Virus record (IMG/VR): IMGVR_UViG_3300010048_000003
From: an uncultured virus (IMG/VR IMGVR_UViG_3300010048_000003)
Taxonomy: Duplodnaviria > Heunggongvirae > Uroviricota > Caudoviricetes
DNA length: 64,000 nt
Strand: one strand, 5' to 3'
The notes beneath the pieces are model-generated. The model did not search any database. It had not been told where the DNA came from and was given only the letters and a program-made list of their open reading frames with translations. Below, piece by piece: positions 28,357 to 38,703 of this stretch. Position numbers and translations under genes: made by a program. The stretch's first letter is position 1. The number at the start of each line of letters is the position of its first letter.

Positions 28357-28468
28357 GCACCGAATGTCGCACTGAGGCGGTGGATCAGGATGGAGGGTTT
28401 CGGCCCAATGGAGGTTTGTGGCGCGGGATCATTCCCTTGTCCTGCGTCCGGTGGTAGTGCGACGGTGC
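28357..28468 (+). ncRNA. Candidate structured RNA or leader
   Basis: Nested pairings GCACC/GGTGC, GTCGCACT/AGTGCGAC, CAGGA/TCCTG, GAGGG/CCCTT. Confidence 0.4.
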
Positions 28469-28496
28469 GCTCGGGCACTTCCCTCAGGGTGTCCCT

Positions 28497-29036
28497 ATGA
28501 GCGCCGGTAGCTGGCGCAAGACGCCCCTGCCTCCAGGGTGGGGGCGTCTACGCATGATTGTTCTGGCGCGGGATCGCGTATGCCAATGGGGCCTACTCCA
28601 TGATGAAGAGGGGCCTTGCGGACAGGATGCGACTGAGTGCGACCACATGGGCGATGCCAATGACCATCGCCTGGAGATGCTGCGGGGTCTTTGCTTGTCA
28701 CACCATCGTCGGCGGTCAAATCTACAAAGCAACGTACGACACACGTTGCGCAAGAGGCCGCAAGACCCACATCCGGGTGTCATTCGTGGTGCTCGTGATG
28801 TACATACTGAAGGTGAGATGTTGTTATGCCTCCTGCCCCATTTGTCCCGATCCAGAAGCATCGGGAACCTGGCCCCGACGAGAAGATATGTCCGCCGTGC
28901 AATGGCACCGGCTCGGTCGACGCGCACGTGTGTAAGATCTGCCATGGCGCGGGCGTGGTGCCGAAGGACTGGAAGTCGGGAGACGGGCCAGTTATGCCGA
29001 AGGGTAAGTTATGCCTGCTCCAAAGAAGAAGCCTGA
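28497..29036 (+). CDS. Terminase-associated HNH endonuclease
   Basis: VLARDRVCQ...ECDH...LRGLCLSHH...PHPG; recognisable similarity ends shortly before the in-frame TTA at 28824. Confidence 0.8.
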   Translation: MSAGSWRKTPLPPGWGRLRMIVLARDRVCQWGLLHDEEGPCGQDATECDHMGDANDHRLEMLRGLCLSHHRRRSNLQSNVRHTLRKRPQDPHPGVIRGARDVHTEGEMLLCLLPHLSRSRSIGNLAPTRRYVRRAMAPARSTRTCVRSAMARAWCRRTGSRETGQLCRRVSYACSKEEA

Positions 29037-29182
29037 GAATCGTACGGGCGCGGGTACTGGTGGCGGTGATGACCCGCGCTTCCTGGCTGTGTCGACCGGG
29101 GAGTCTAAGCGCAAGGACATCCCGATCCCAGAGGCGAATCCGAACTGGCATCCGCAGGCACAGTCCTGGTTCCGGGCGCTAG
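28826..29182 (+). CDS. DnaJ-type zinc-finger mini-protein
   Basis: CPPCNGTG...CKICHGAG; in-frame TTA at 29009. Confidence 0.6.
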   Translation: MPPAPFVPIQKHREPGPDEKICPPCNGTGSVDAHVCKICHGAGVVPKDWKSGDGPVMPKGKLCLLQRRSLRIVRARVLVAVMTRASWLCRPGSLSARTSRSQRRIRTGIRRHSPGSGR

Positions 29183-29466
29183 CGCTTAGCGGCCAGTCGG
29201 AGTTCTATGAGGCTTCCGACTGGGCTACGGCCGTCATGGCGGCGCAGATCTATGACATCTTCCTGCGTACGTACCGGGCGAACCTACTGCCGGTATTCGA
29301 GCGGCTGTCGGCTCGGCTCGGCGTGACGGTCATCGACCGCAAGAAGAACAGAATCGAACTCACTGATCAGGATGTCACTGATCAGGATGAGGAAGCGGCT
29401 GACGATGCCGTGATCAAGTGGCACGGACGTCTCGGCATAGTGAGGACGGGGACGGACGATGGTTGA
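29011..29466 (+). CDS. Terminase small subunit
   Basis: WHPQAQSWFRALALSGQSEFYEASDW...LGVTVIDR..RIEL, typical of actinophage TerS; position. Confidence 0.8.
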   Translation: MPAPKKKPENRTGAGTGGGDDPRFLAVSTGESKRKDIPIPEANPNWHPQAQSWFRALALSGQSEFYEASDWATAVMAAQIYDIFLRTYRANLLPVFERLSARLGVTVIDRKKNRIELTDQDVTDQDEEAADDAVIKWHGRLGIVRTGTDDG

Positions 29467-30283
29467 CTTCAACCCGGCTGAGATCCGGGGGTTCCACGGG
29501 CGCTGGATCTTTGGCGGCGAACACCACAAGCACGTCCGCAATGCCATTCGCAAAATCGAACGCGGCGCGGCGGACACGATTACGCGCGATGAGAAGACTG
29601 CTCTTCGGCGTCATCAGATACTACAGGACAGGATGGCAGTCGAGACTGCGGGCCGCGAAGCTAGGTCAGCTGGGATCTCGCGAGAAGAACTCCACAAGGC
29701 GATGGCACAGTATGGTGTCGCTAGGCAGGAGCAGCTACAGGCCCGGAAGGAAGCCCTACATCAGAGCATCACCGAGGAGACCAGGCGGCGTGACGCCGCG
29801 CGGGATGCGTCCAGGGCGGCTGACCGGGAGCAACGCAACAAGGACTTCGCTGAGCGCGACAAGGCAAGGCGTGAGGAACGCGCGGCCAGCGACAAGAAGC
29901 GCGAGGAGGAACGCAAGAAGCGGGACAAGCAGCGTAGGCAACAGCGCCGTCGCGGCGGACTGGGACGCGGCCTGCTTGGGGCGGGGCGTGCGCTCGGCGG
30001 GGCTGCCCGGCTAGGCATGGGGCTGGCTAGGCTCGGGATATACCTGCACAGCCACAAGAAGGCGGCGGCCAAGGCTAAGGCTAAGGCCAAGAAGAAGGCA
30101 CCGGCAAGGAAGAAGACCGCAGTACGGAAGGCAGCTCACAAGGTTGCGGCACAGCGGCGTATCGCAGCACCAAAGCCGCCGAAGGGCCTGACTGCTCATC
30201 CGGCCAAGGGCGGCAGGGCGCAGGTCGCTAAGCCGAGTGCGGCCGTGATGAAGCAACTCGCTACGTATGTAGCTACCAAGTAG
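29459..30283 (+). CDS. Highly basic hypothetical protein
   Basis: FNPAEIRGFHGRW N-terminus, coiled coil, K/A-rich tail. Confidence 0.65.
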   Translation: MVDFNPAEIRGFHGRWIFGGEHHKHVRNAIRKIERGAADTITRDEKTALRRHQILQDRMAVETAGREARSAGISREELHKAMAQYGVARQEQLQARKEALHQSITEETRRRDAARDASRAADREQRNKDFAERDKARREERAASDKKREEERKKRDKQRRQQRRRGGLGRGLLGAGRALGGAARLGMGLARLGIYLHSHKKAAAKAKAKAKKKAPARKKTAVRKAAHKVAAQRRIAAPKPPKGLTAHPAKGGRAQVAKPSAAVMKQLATYVATK

Positions 30284-30305
30284 GTTTGCGAGAGGTGGTG
30301 ATTGA

Positions 30306-31974
30306 ATGAGTACATTGGTAGCGCCACGTGACAGACTGGTTACGCTTCCTGAAGGCTTGCCTGAGCTTACGCTTGGGTGGGAAGCGATTCACTGGGCATC
30401 CAAGTACCTTTTACCTCAAGCAGCCAGACGGGCCGGACGCCGGGAACCGGTGGGAGTTCACGGAATCGCAAGTGCGATTCATACTTTGGTGGTATGCGCT
30501 AACGCCCGAGGGGCGCTGGATGTTCTATCACGGAGTGCGCCGGTACCCAAAAGGTGCCGGGAAGTCTCCGTTTGCCGCGGTGTTGGCGATGATCGAGCTA
30601 CTCGCGCCTGTCCGCTTCTGGCGATGGGACTCCGACGCGCCGGGCGGCGTCGTTGGGAAAGCGGTGTCGATGCCGCTCGTACAGATTGGCGCAACGTCAC
30701 ATGACCAGGCCAACGTCAACACAATGCGGATGGTGCGGGCGCTACTGCCCAAGAAATCGCGAATCCTGCGAGACTATGATGTCGAAGCTGGCAAGACAAT
30801 ATTCCATGTGCCAGGCGGAGGACAACTCATGGTCATCACGAGTTCGCCAACTACCGAAGAGGGTGCTCTTGTCACCTTTGCGATACTTGATCAGACCGAG
30901 TCGTTCACTGCCACCAACGGAGGAATAGCGCTTGCCGAAGTCATGGACCGTAATGTTGGTAAGTCCGGCTCGCGGATTATCGAGACGTCAAATGCCTGGG
31001 AGCCGGGCGCGGGGACGGTAGCCGAGACTACATTCGATGCGTGGGTGTCGCAAGAAGAGGGCAAGCTCAAAGGGAAGGGTAAGATCCTGTATGATTCGCG
31101 AATGGCCCCTCCTGATGTTGATTTCGATGACGTATCATCCATACGCAAGGCGGTTGAATTCGCGTATGGCGATGCTTTCTGGGCTGATACTGATGATATC
31201 GTTGAGAATCGTATCCTCTCGCCGCGTACGCCGCTAGATGTGTCCAAGCGATTCTACCTAAACTGGCCGGAGTCGGCCGAGGATGCGTGGACCACGCAGC
31301 AGAAGTGGGCACGACTGTCAGATCCAGAATTCAGGATCAATGACGGCGACGATATTACTATGTTCTTCGATGGATCGAGGACTGATGACGCTACTGCACT
31401 GGTTGGATGTCATGTGGAAACTGGTTTCGTTTTCACTCTTGGTGTTTGGGAGCCGCTGGGTACGCGTAATGTACCGGTTGATGAAGTCCACTTTGCTATA
31501 CGGTCGGCACAAGAGAAGTGGAATGTTTGCGCATTCTTCGCGGACGTCAATGAGTGGGAAGAGTCAACGAAGATTACGTGGCGTGAGTGGTTTGAAGAGG
31601 GCCTTGATATATGGGCTGTCCCTTCTGGGCGTGATCCACAGCCTGTAGCATGGGATATGCGCTCGCATACTGCGGAGTTTACGCAGGCATGCGAGATGGT
31701 GCTTAGCGAAATCGAGTCTCCGGGTGATCCAGTATTCTGGCATGATGGAGACTCGGCGCTAGGACGGCACGTTGTTAATGCTCGGCGTCGGCCGAACCGC
31801 TGGGGCATAAGTATTGGTAAGGAAGCACCTAAGTCGCCAAAGAAAATCGACGCCTGTGTTTGTATGATTGGCGCGAGGCATGCTCGTCGGCTTGTACTCG
31901 GATCTAAAGCGTACAAGGAACGCCGGGCTATGGCAGCCAAGAGCGGCAAGCGCAGAGTATGGAGTTTTTCATGA
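30306..31974 (+). CDS. Terminase large subunit; needs a 7-nt bypass or +1 shift at 30408-30417
   Basis: N-terminus TLGWEAIHWASKYL in one frame; LKQPDG, PKGAGKS and FFDGSRTDDATAL in the +1 frame. Confidence 0.9.
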
Positions 31975-33539
31975 TCATCGGGACGAATCAGGTAGTGGAG
32001 ACGACGCAAAAGGCTCTTGCGTCGCGAGAGGCTGAACAGAATAGGCTGCGCCGGATCGGGAACTACGTACGTGGCCGGCAAGACCCACCCTACATCCCGC
32101 GCGGTGTTAATGCTGAGTACCGGTGGATAGCCAAGAAGGCACGGCGGAACTTTTTGCCTCTCATCATCTCTGTTATCTCAGAGAACCTCCATGTGGACGG
32201 ATACAAGCCGACCGGCACGACGGCTAATGAGATGGCATCTCCGCAGAAGCCTACTCCGGAATGGGATGCGTTCCGCGCGAACCGGATGGTGTCTCGGCAG
32301 CACGGCGTTCATCGCGCGGTCATCAAGTACGGTTCTGCGTACACCGTTGTGTTGCCTGGACAGCTTACCTCGGACGAAGAGCAGCCTGCTAACGTGCCGG
32401 TTATCCGGCCGGTTAGCCCGCGTAGGATGACGGCATTCTATGCTGACGATATAGATGATGAGTGGCCGCAATTCGCAATCGAGGTGAACGTCGTCAACAT
32501 GCCTAATGGCACAGCACGCATGTTGGTGTACGTTTATGATGAAGCGAACCGGTACATACTAACCGGCGATGCCGCTGTCGATCCGTCTCAGGCCAACATC
32601 CATCTTGCGGAAGCAGGTGATGTTCTGCTCAACGGGCAGCAGGTAATCTCGGCGCATGAGATGGGTATATGCCCGGTAGTGCGGTTCCTGTATGAAGTTG
32701 ACCTGGATGCCGAAGAGGATTGTATAGGCGAGATCGAGCCGCTTATGCCGATCCAGGACCAGATCAACTTCGACACGTTCAACCTGATGATCTCGACGCA
32801 GTTCGCTGCGTTCAGGCAGCGGTATGTCTCCGGTATGTCGCCGGTCGATGAGGATGGCCGGGAAACTATGCCGTTCCGGCCGGGCGTTGACCGCGTATGG
32901 GCGTCGGACGATCCGACAACGAAGTTTGGAGAATTTGGTGAAACCGCACTCCAGCCATACTCTCTCGTGCGAGAAGATGGAATACGGCATATGTCAACTG
33001 TCTCACAGATTCCGCCGTATCATCTTTTGGGACAGGTCGCAAATATGTCAGCAGAAGCGCTCGCAGCTGCTCGCGACGGACTCGACCGGAAGATTGAAGA
33101 ACTGCAAGCGGGACAGACAGATCCCTGGCGAAACGTCTTCAGACTTACGTGTCTAGCTCAGGGCAACACTGCCGGATGGAATGACCTGTTCGGCACAATT
33201 CTGTGGCGCGACACGTCAGCACGGTCCTTCGCGGCGACGATTGATGCGCTTGGCAAGCTGACGCAGATGCTTGGCGTGCCTGCTGAGGAGTTGTGGTCGC
33301 GAGTGCCTGGAGCTACGTCAGATGACGTCGCGTCGTGGCAGCTGGCATACCAGAGGGAGCAAGCTCAGCAGATCGTACAACAGATGATAGCGCAACAGCA
33401 GGCAGCTGCGGCTGGTGCCGGTGCTATGCCTCCTGGTGCTCCTCCTGGCGCTCCCATTCCTCCGGGCGGACAGCTCCCGCCTGGTCCAACTCCCGGCGCT
33501 GTTCCTGGTGCGCCGCCTGCTATTGGGGCTGGACCGTGA
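31971..33539 (+). CDS. Portal protein
   Basis: SPP1-gp6-like features (YVRGRQ, NFLPLII, GEIEPL..IQDQIN, AFRQR); position. Confidence 0.9.
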   Translation: MIIGTNQVVETTQKALASREAEQNRLRRIGNYVRGRQDPPYIPRGVNAEYRWIAKKARRNFLPLIISVISENLHVDGYKPTGTTANEMASPQKPTPEWDAFRANRMVSRQHGVHRAVIKYGSAYTVVLPGQLTSDEEQPANVPVIRPVSPRRMTAFYADDIDDEWPQFAIEVNVVNMPNGTARMLVYVYDEANRYILTGDAAVDPSQANIHLAEAGDVLLNGQQVISAHEMGICPVVRFLYEVDLDAEEDCIGEIEPLMPIQDQINFDTFNLMISTQFAAFRQRYVSGMSPVDEDGRETMPFRPGVDRVWASDDPTTKFGEFGETALQPYSLVREDGIRHMSTVSQIPPYHLLGQVANMSAEALAAARDGLDRKIEELQAGQTDPWRNVFRLTCLAQGNTAGWNDLFGTILWRDTSARSFAATIDALGKLTQMLGVPAEELWSRVPGATSDDVASWQLAYQREQAQQIVQQMIAQQQAAAAGAGAMPPGAPPGAPIPPGGQLPPGPTPGAVPGAPPAIGAGP

Positions 33540-34372
33540 ACGGGCTTCCTAGTACGTCGGCGCAAACAGGCGGTGTTCTGTTTGTGCGATACAGGAACAA
33601 CCAGAATATGATTGCGCAAGGAGTGTCGCGATCGATTGCTGGTATGTGGGCTTCTATTGTTGATCCTAATAACTTCGCCACTACATGGAAGACGCTCGAA
33701 CCAATCATACAGGGCATCGTAGACCTGAATCACGGGATGTCTGCTGCGGATGCTGCGCAGTACTACGGCCTATCGCGTTCAGTTGCCGGGTATTATGGCA
33801 CGTCTGTGCCAGGAGCGTACCTAAACCCTGATTACCTCTCGGTACTAACTCGGAATACGGGGCTACAGAAATTCCTCAGCTTCGTTGGGAATGGTTACGA
33901 ACCGGCCATCGCATCTAAGATGGCTATGCGTTATCTTATAGGCAACAGCATTCGCGTAGTGCTGAATGGTGGGCGGGATACGGTAACAAATGCAGTCGCG
34001 AATGACAACGGCGCATTGGGTTGGGAACGTATTGTCGAGCCTAGGACTTGTAGCTATTGTTCTGGGCTTGCTGCTAGCGGTGGTGTACATAAGGCAGGGA
34101 CGATTGTATTCCATGCGCACGATAATTGCCAGTGCCTGGCTCGCGCGGTATTTCAGGGCCAGCATTCGGCTAATCTTGCTCTTGCTTCTGAATGGTCGCG
34201 AGAGACGGCAGGAAAGAGTGGCAAGGACGCAGTAGCGGCCTGGGAAAAGTACTGGAGTGGTAGAAATGGCAGCAGCGGGAACGGCGGTAGCGGGACAGAA
34301 GCTCAGGCAACGCCTACAGGCCAAGGGGCAGGCAATGCCGCCGTCGCAAACCAACAAGTCCAACTCGCCTAG
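33536..34372 (+). CDS. MuF-like minor head / capsid maturation protein
   Basis: GRDTV..GWERI...CSYCSGLA...AHDNCQC. Confidence 0.8.
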   Translation: MNGLPSTSAQTGGVLFVRYRNNQNMIAQGVSRSIAGMWASIVDPNNFATTWKTLEPIIQGIVDLNHGMSAADAAQYYGLSRSVAGYYGTSVPGAYLNPDYLSVLTRNTGLQKFLSFVGNGYEPAIASKMAMRYLIGNSIRVVLNGGRDTVTNAVANDNGALGWERIVEPRTCSYCSGLAASGGVHKAGTIVFHAHDNCQCLARAVFQGQHSANLALASEWSRETAGKSGKDAVAAWEKYWSGRNGSSGNGGSGTEAQATPTGQGAGNAAVANQQVQLA

Positions 34373-34556
34373 GTTCCCGATCCAGGCACGGACGGGGCCG
34401 AACTCCCTGGCATCGGCCATCAAGGCGGTTGGACGTGCTAGGCCCAATACCCCGGCCGAGCACGAGAAGGTCCGGCGCTACATCAAGAGGGTGGCCAAGG
34501 CGAAGGGGTGGGGCAAGGACATCCCCGATACCTGGACCAAGAAGGGCAAGAAGTGA
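34266..34556 (+). CDS. Small basic head-module protein
   Basis: FPI...LASAIKAVGRA...VRRYIKRVAK...IPDTW. Confidence 0.65.
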   Translation: MAAAGTAVAGQKLRQRLQAKGQAMPPSQTNKSNSPRFPIQARTGPNSLASAIKAVGRARPNTPAEHEKVRRYIKRVAKAKGWGKDIPDTWTKKGKK

Positions 34557-34813
34557 TGGGCGAGAAGCCGGTCATGGGTGATAAGTTCATTTATCACAAC
34601 CAGGACGTGTACGGTTATGGGCGCCAGGCTAAAGGCTCAGCGCTTACTGACGAGATGCACAATCTGGATCTTCACGATGGCACCGAGGTGGAGTTCATCG
34701 AGTTCGATGCCGACTCAGGATGGCCAATCATCGAGTGGACAGACTCCACGGGGCTGGGTCGTATCACAACGATCGATCCGATTCTATTCGACAACCAATT
34801 CCTACCAGCTTAG
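34556..34813 (+). CDS. Hypothetical protein
   Basis: TGATG coupling. Confidence 0.6.
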   Translation: MGEKPVMGDKFIYHNQDVYGYGRQAKGSALTDEMHNLDLHDGTEVEFIEFDADSGWPIIEWTDSTGLGRITTIDPILFDNQFLPA

Positions 34814-34823
34814 GAGAAGTAGG

Positions 34824-35285
34824 ATGCCTAACCTATCTCAAGGACAGATGTTCCAGTACGCGGAGCAGCAGGCTCTCAATGCGGTGTTCCTGAAGGCGCA
34901 GTCGCCTGCGGTCGCGAACACCTACCTAGCGCTCTCGACCACGGCGGTTGGCGCGCTCGCATCTACCGAGGTCTCGATGGCCGGCGCAACGATCAACGAG
35001 TACCCGACGGCATCCGGCTACGCGCGGCAGAACTTCAACCCCACGGCGGCATCGGCGGCGTCCCCGTCACAGCTCTGGAACTCGGCGCAGATTACCTGGG
35101 GGCCATTCACGGCCGCGCCGGGTACGTGCGTCTGGGGCATCGCGTGCGACGCGGTGTCCGGGACTGCGGCCCACACGATCGCAGCATTCCTGCTCTCGTC
35201 CACACGTACCCCGGCAATCGGGGACTCGCTACAAGCCGCCGCCGGCACCGGCGCGGCAGGCGTCGGGTTCATCTGCCAGGTGTGA
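34824..35285 (+). CDS. Structural protein (fibre or decoration-like)
   Basis: YLALST...GYARQ...NSAQITWG pattern; AGGAG RBS. Confidence 0.65.
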   Translation: MPNLSQGQMFQYAEQQALNAVFLKAQSPAVANTYLALSTTAVGALASTEVSMAGATINEYPTASGYARQNFNPTAASAASPSQLWNSAQITWGPFTAAPGTCVWGIACDAVSGTAAHTIAAFLLSSTRTPAIGDSLQAAAGTGAAGVGFICQV

Positions 35286-35286
35286 C

Positions 35287-35574
35287 ATGGGTCTACAGCT
35301 AGAACCTCAGGTCTTTGATCTGAAGGTTCCCCGGTTCCCGCCGTGCGAAGCTGTGGTGCGTCCGGATACAATCTGTGGCGCTACACCTACCGCACAGTAT
35401 CATCGCATATGCGTTGTGATCTCGCACTGTGATCAGATATGGCTATGTCCAGTACATGCGGCGATCGTCTCGGCAGGCGGGGCGATCTGCCGTAAATGTG
35501 CGGTGAATGGAGGGATTGTTCCTGTACGTGTGTCGCGGGTCATCATGCTTCCGGTGAGGCTGCCTAGGAGGTGA
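35287..35574 (+). CDS. Cys-rich hypothetical protein
   Basis: Multiple Cys/His residues. Confidence 0.5.
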   Translation: MGLQLEPQVFDLKVPRFPPCEAVVRPDTICGATPTAQYHRICVVISHCDQIWLCPVHAAIVSAGGAICRKCAVNGGIVPVRVSRVIMLPVRLPRR

Positions 35575-35577
35575 GTT

Positions 35578-38500
35578 GTGCTATATGAGGCATTCACAGA
35601 CGACCCTAGTTCTGCTATTACCTACACAGGCACGTGGACTCATAACTCGGTAGGTGGCGGAGCATATAACGGAACACAGTCCTACTCGAATACAACAAAT
35701 AACACTGCTGCCTTTTCGTGTGCCGGTAATCAGCTACAGGTACAGTTCACGACCGACGTTAACCGGGGCATAGCTCAAATTGTCCTTGATAGTGGTCCTC
35801 CTATTGTTCTTGATACGTACGCTACTGCCCCTGGTACAGTACGGTCGCCGGTACTTCCGCTTACGCCAGGTATGCATACGGTGACGGTGACGGTAACTGG
35901 CTCGAAGAACTCGGCATCGAGTGGTACGTATATTGGGATTGACGCTTTCGTTGTTTCAGATTGGGGCATACTCCCGAACCTCCCGGCTACGTTGTTTGGA
36001 CAGGAACTGGATGGGTTCTCCGGGCAGACAGTATTTATTGATGATGCTAGCGGGAATCCTAATCTTGCTATTGGGTCGCAATGGGTTCCGGTAGCGGCCG
36101 ACTCTCGGTTCCTGAATGGTACGTATCACTGGACTGGAGGCGGCGGTTCATGTACATTGACGTTCACCGGAACGTGGGTAGCGCTTTACGGGTACCTGGG
36201 GCCTGACCAGGGCTACGCCTCGATGGTGCTAGATGGCGGAGCCGGGGTACAGGTCGATATGTACCGTCCCACAGCTCAGTCTAAAGTCATAACTTATTCA
36301 GTTAGTGGACTTGCGTACGGTACGCATACGCTTACGTACCAGGGCACCGCATCCGGCAATCCGTCGTCGTCCGGGCATACGCTGATCCTTGATGCGTTTA
36401 TGTACGGGTCGAATCCGCTGCCTACGGCTACCGGCGTACTCGTCAATGTGATGGGCATAAACGGCTCGGCCGTGACGCCTAGCTCTGGCGCGGGTACGTT
36501 CTATGATATCGGCGTCATATCCGGTACGGCACTGGCTGTCGCTTCTACGTCTGGCGCGGTTACTGCTATCGGCGCTATATCCGGTATGTCAAATTCCGGG
36601 TACGCTATGAATGCTACAGGCCTAGCGTCTACGGCATTTGGCATAAGCGGGTCAGCTTCTACGGTATCTGTAGCTAATGGTGCGGTTGGCAGGGTAGCGC
36701 TGATATCCGGGTTGTCGGCTACCGGAGTTAATCCTACTGGTAGTGGAGTCCCTGTAGTACTCGGGACACACAATGGTCCGGTGACGACGGCGCATGCGTG
36801 TACAGTTACGGCTTCCCCGGCCGGAGCACAGATTGTAGTTGTTACGGCATTCGGCCAGAACGGCGTCGTGTGTACGTCGCTTACGGATACTGTTGGGAAC
36901 GTCTATGCGCTTATAGGCAATCACGCTATCAACGGGACGACTGCGTACTGTCAGGTGTGGCAGGCTCAGAATCCGGTTCAGCCGTTCGTAGGCGGTAGCG
37001 TCATCACGGCGGTGCCTAGCTCGAACGCTCAGTGCGATATGATGGCGCTAGCGATACCCGGATGTATGGGGTTCTCGCTTGTGGATGGCGAGGATGGTGT
37101 TGGCCCGGCTACGCTGGTAACTTCAACAGGCCCGCTCTCAGGGACGTTCCCGCAAAGTGTGTTGGCCATCCAGTATAACTGGTCGCTGCTGAATAACTGG
37201 AATGCGCCGACGAACTCGCTAGTTGGTGGTTCGGGTACCATTAATGGGAACTCTGCTGGCTTTATGTCGGCAGGATGGCAGAGCGCGCCGAACGCTAGCG
37301 GCGTATCGGTGTCGAGCAGCTTTACGGGTGGCGCACCTGCGTGGACTCGTATGTTGTTCACGGCTCCGGTAGTCGTAGCTGCGGCGAGTGGGTCGGTTGT
37401 TCTAAATGCCGTTACGTCGGGCGTATCAGTTACTGCGTCAAGTACGAGCGGCTCGCTTACTGCTTTGGGCGCACTTACCGGATCGTCGGTCACGGTGTCC
37501 GGCGCCAACGGCACCGTTGTCCGATTGGGCGTACTGGCTGGTTCATCCACGGCCGCAAGTGGTGGTAGCGGGAGCGTTACTGCTACGGGTGTTCTAGCCG
37601 GTACGTCTGTTTCAGTATCAAGTACTAGTGGCACGCTGTCGAATGTGCCTGTACTAGTAGGCAGTTCCGCTACCGTATCGACTGCTTCCGGCACGGTCAT
37701 TCGTAACTCGGTACTGTCCGGATTGTCGGCTACGTCGGCCGGGTATGCGCTAGGCACTGCTGATATAGCTGGCAGCCCGATTATCGATGTTAGTGGCATA
37801 AGCTCTACTCTTTCTGCGTCTAGCGGACCTGCGCTTACGACCGTCATGGCGGTTAGCGGTAGTTCATCAGGGGTCTCTGTCGCTACCGGGACCATGGGTC
37901 TTGAGGCGCTTATCTTCGGGGCATCCTCGACGGCTTCTAGTGGGTATGGCACTGTCGCGTATGATTATGCTATCGTAGGCAGTTCGTCTTCTGTATCTTC
38001 CGGAAGTGGCACGCTTGGGACCGTCTCGCCGGTGTCAGGTGTATCGTCTGCAGTTGTTGTTAGCTCCGGCACGGTATCACTCGAAATACTCATAGAAGGT
38101 TCGTCGGCGACTGTTAGCCTGGGCGGCGGAACGCTTGGTTACATTTATGTGATCAATGGTTCGTCTGTAACCGTATCTGATGCAGTAGGCGTCGTCGCTC
38201 TTGAGGAGGAGATTTCTGGAGCCTCGACGACTAGTTCCCTGACATATGGTGCTATAGGACTTGAGATACTCATCTCCGGATTGTCAGCTACGGGGTCGGC
38301 TGGGTCAGGTTCGGTTGTCCTAGATATTGCGATTGACGGGTCGTCGGTTACTGTTACTGATGGCGATGGCTCCATCGTACTCGTGATAGAGATCGATGGC
38401 CTGTCGGCAACGATATCATCTGGCGCGGGATCGCTTGTCGACTTTAATGCGGTAGATGGTATGTCTTCTACCGTCTCGTATGCTCATGCCTATATCAATC

Positions 38501-38700
38501 CTCCATTCAAGCCGACTGATCTCCCGGCGTATATTCAGGCGACTATCTTTGTGTGTACGGTACCTGCTGGTATTTATGTCGAGGGTGTTGAAGCTACGAT
38601 CTATGCCGAAGTCATTCCTGCTCTAGTTGATGCTGATGTTGTGGATGCTGATATATATGCCGAGGTAGTTCCGGCTACGCTAACGACGAATATGGGGTGA
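35578..38700 (+). CDS. Large fibre-like protein with carbohydrate-binding-like domains and S/G/T repeats
   Basis: Two N-terminal jelly-roll-like repeats and ~20-aa GxSxxxSxxxGxL repeats. Confidence 0.7.
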   Translation: MLYEAFTDDPSSAITYTGTWTHNSVGGGAYNGTQSYSNTTNNTAAFSCAGNQLQVQFTTDVNRGIAQIVLDSGPPIVLDTYATAPGTVRSPVLPLTPGMHTVTVTVTGSKNSASSGTYIGIDAFVVSDWGILPNLPATLFGQELDGFSGQTVFIDDASGNPNLAIGSQWVPVAADSRFLNGTYHWTGGGGSCTLTFTGTWVALYGYLGPDQGYASMVLDGGAGVQVDMYRPTAQSKVITYSVSGLAYGTHTLTYQGTASGNPSSSGHTLILDAFMYGSNPLPTATGVLVNVMGINGSAVTPSSGAGTFYDIGVISGTALAVASTSGAVTAIGAISGMSNSGYAMNATGLASTAFGISGSASTVSVANGAVGRVALISGLSATGVNPTGSGVPVVLGTHNGPVTTAHACTVTASPAGAQIVVVTAFGQNGVVCTSLTDTVGNVYALIGNHAINGTTAYCQVWQAQNPVQPFVGGSVITAVPSSNAQCDMMALAIPGCMGFSLVDGEDGVGPATLVTSTGPLSGTFPQSVLAIQYNWSLLNNWNAPTNSLVGGSGTINGNSAGFMSAGWQSAPNASGVSVSSSFTGGAPAWTRMLFTAPVVVAAASGSVVLNAVTSGVSVTASSTSGSLTALGALTGSSVTVSGANGTVVRLGVLAGSSTAASGGSGSVTATGVLAGTSVSVSSTSGTLSNVPVLVGSSATVSTASGTVIRNSVLSGLSATSAGYALGTADIAGSPIIDVSGISSTLSASSGPALTTVMAVSGSSSGVSVATGTMGLEALIFGASSTASSGYGTVAYDYAIVGSSSSVSSGSGTLGTVSPVSGVSSAVVVSSGTVSLEILIEGSSATVSLGGGTLGYIYVINGSSVTVSDAVGVVALEEEISGASTTSSLTYGAIGLEILISGLSATGSAGSGSVVLDIAIDGSSVTVTDGDGSIVLVIEIDGLSATISSGAGSLVDFNAVDGMSSTVSYAHAYINPPFKPTDLPAYIQATIFVCTVPAGIYVEGVEATIYAEVIPALVDADVVDADIYAEVVPATLTTNMG

Positions 38701-38703
38701 AGC

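Noticed and set aside
30306..30704. Terminase pseudogene or sequencing error
   Set aside because: The break has a matched-codon/TTA design that recurs in dnaE, and the rest of the genome is intact. Raw reads should still be checked.
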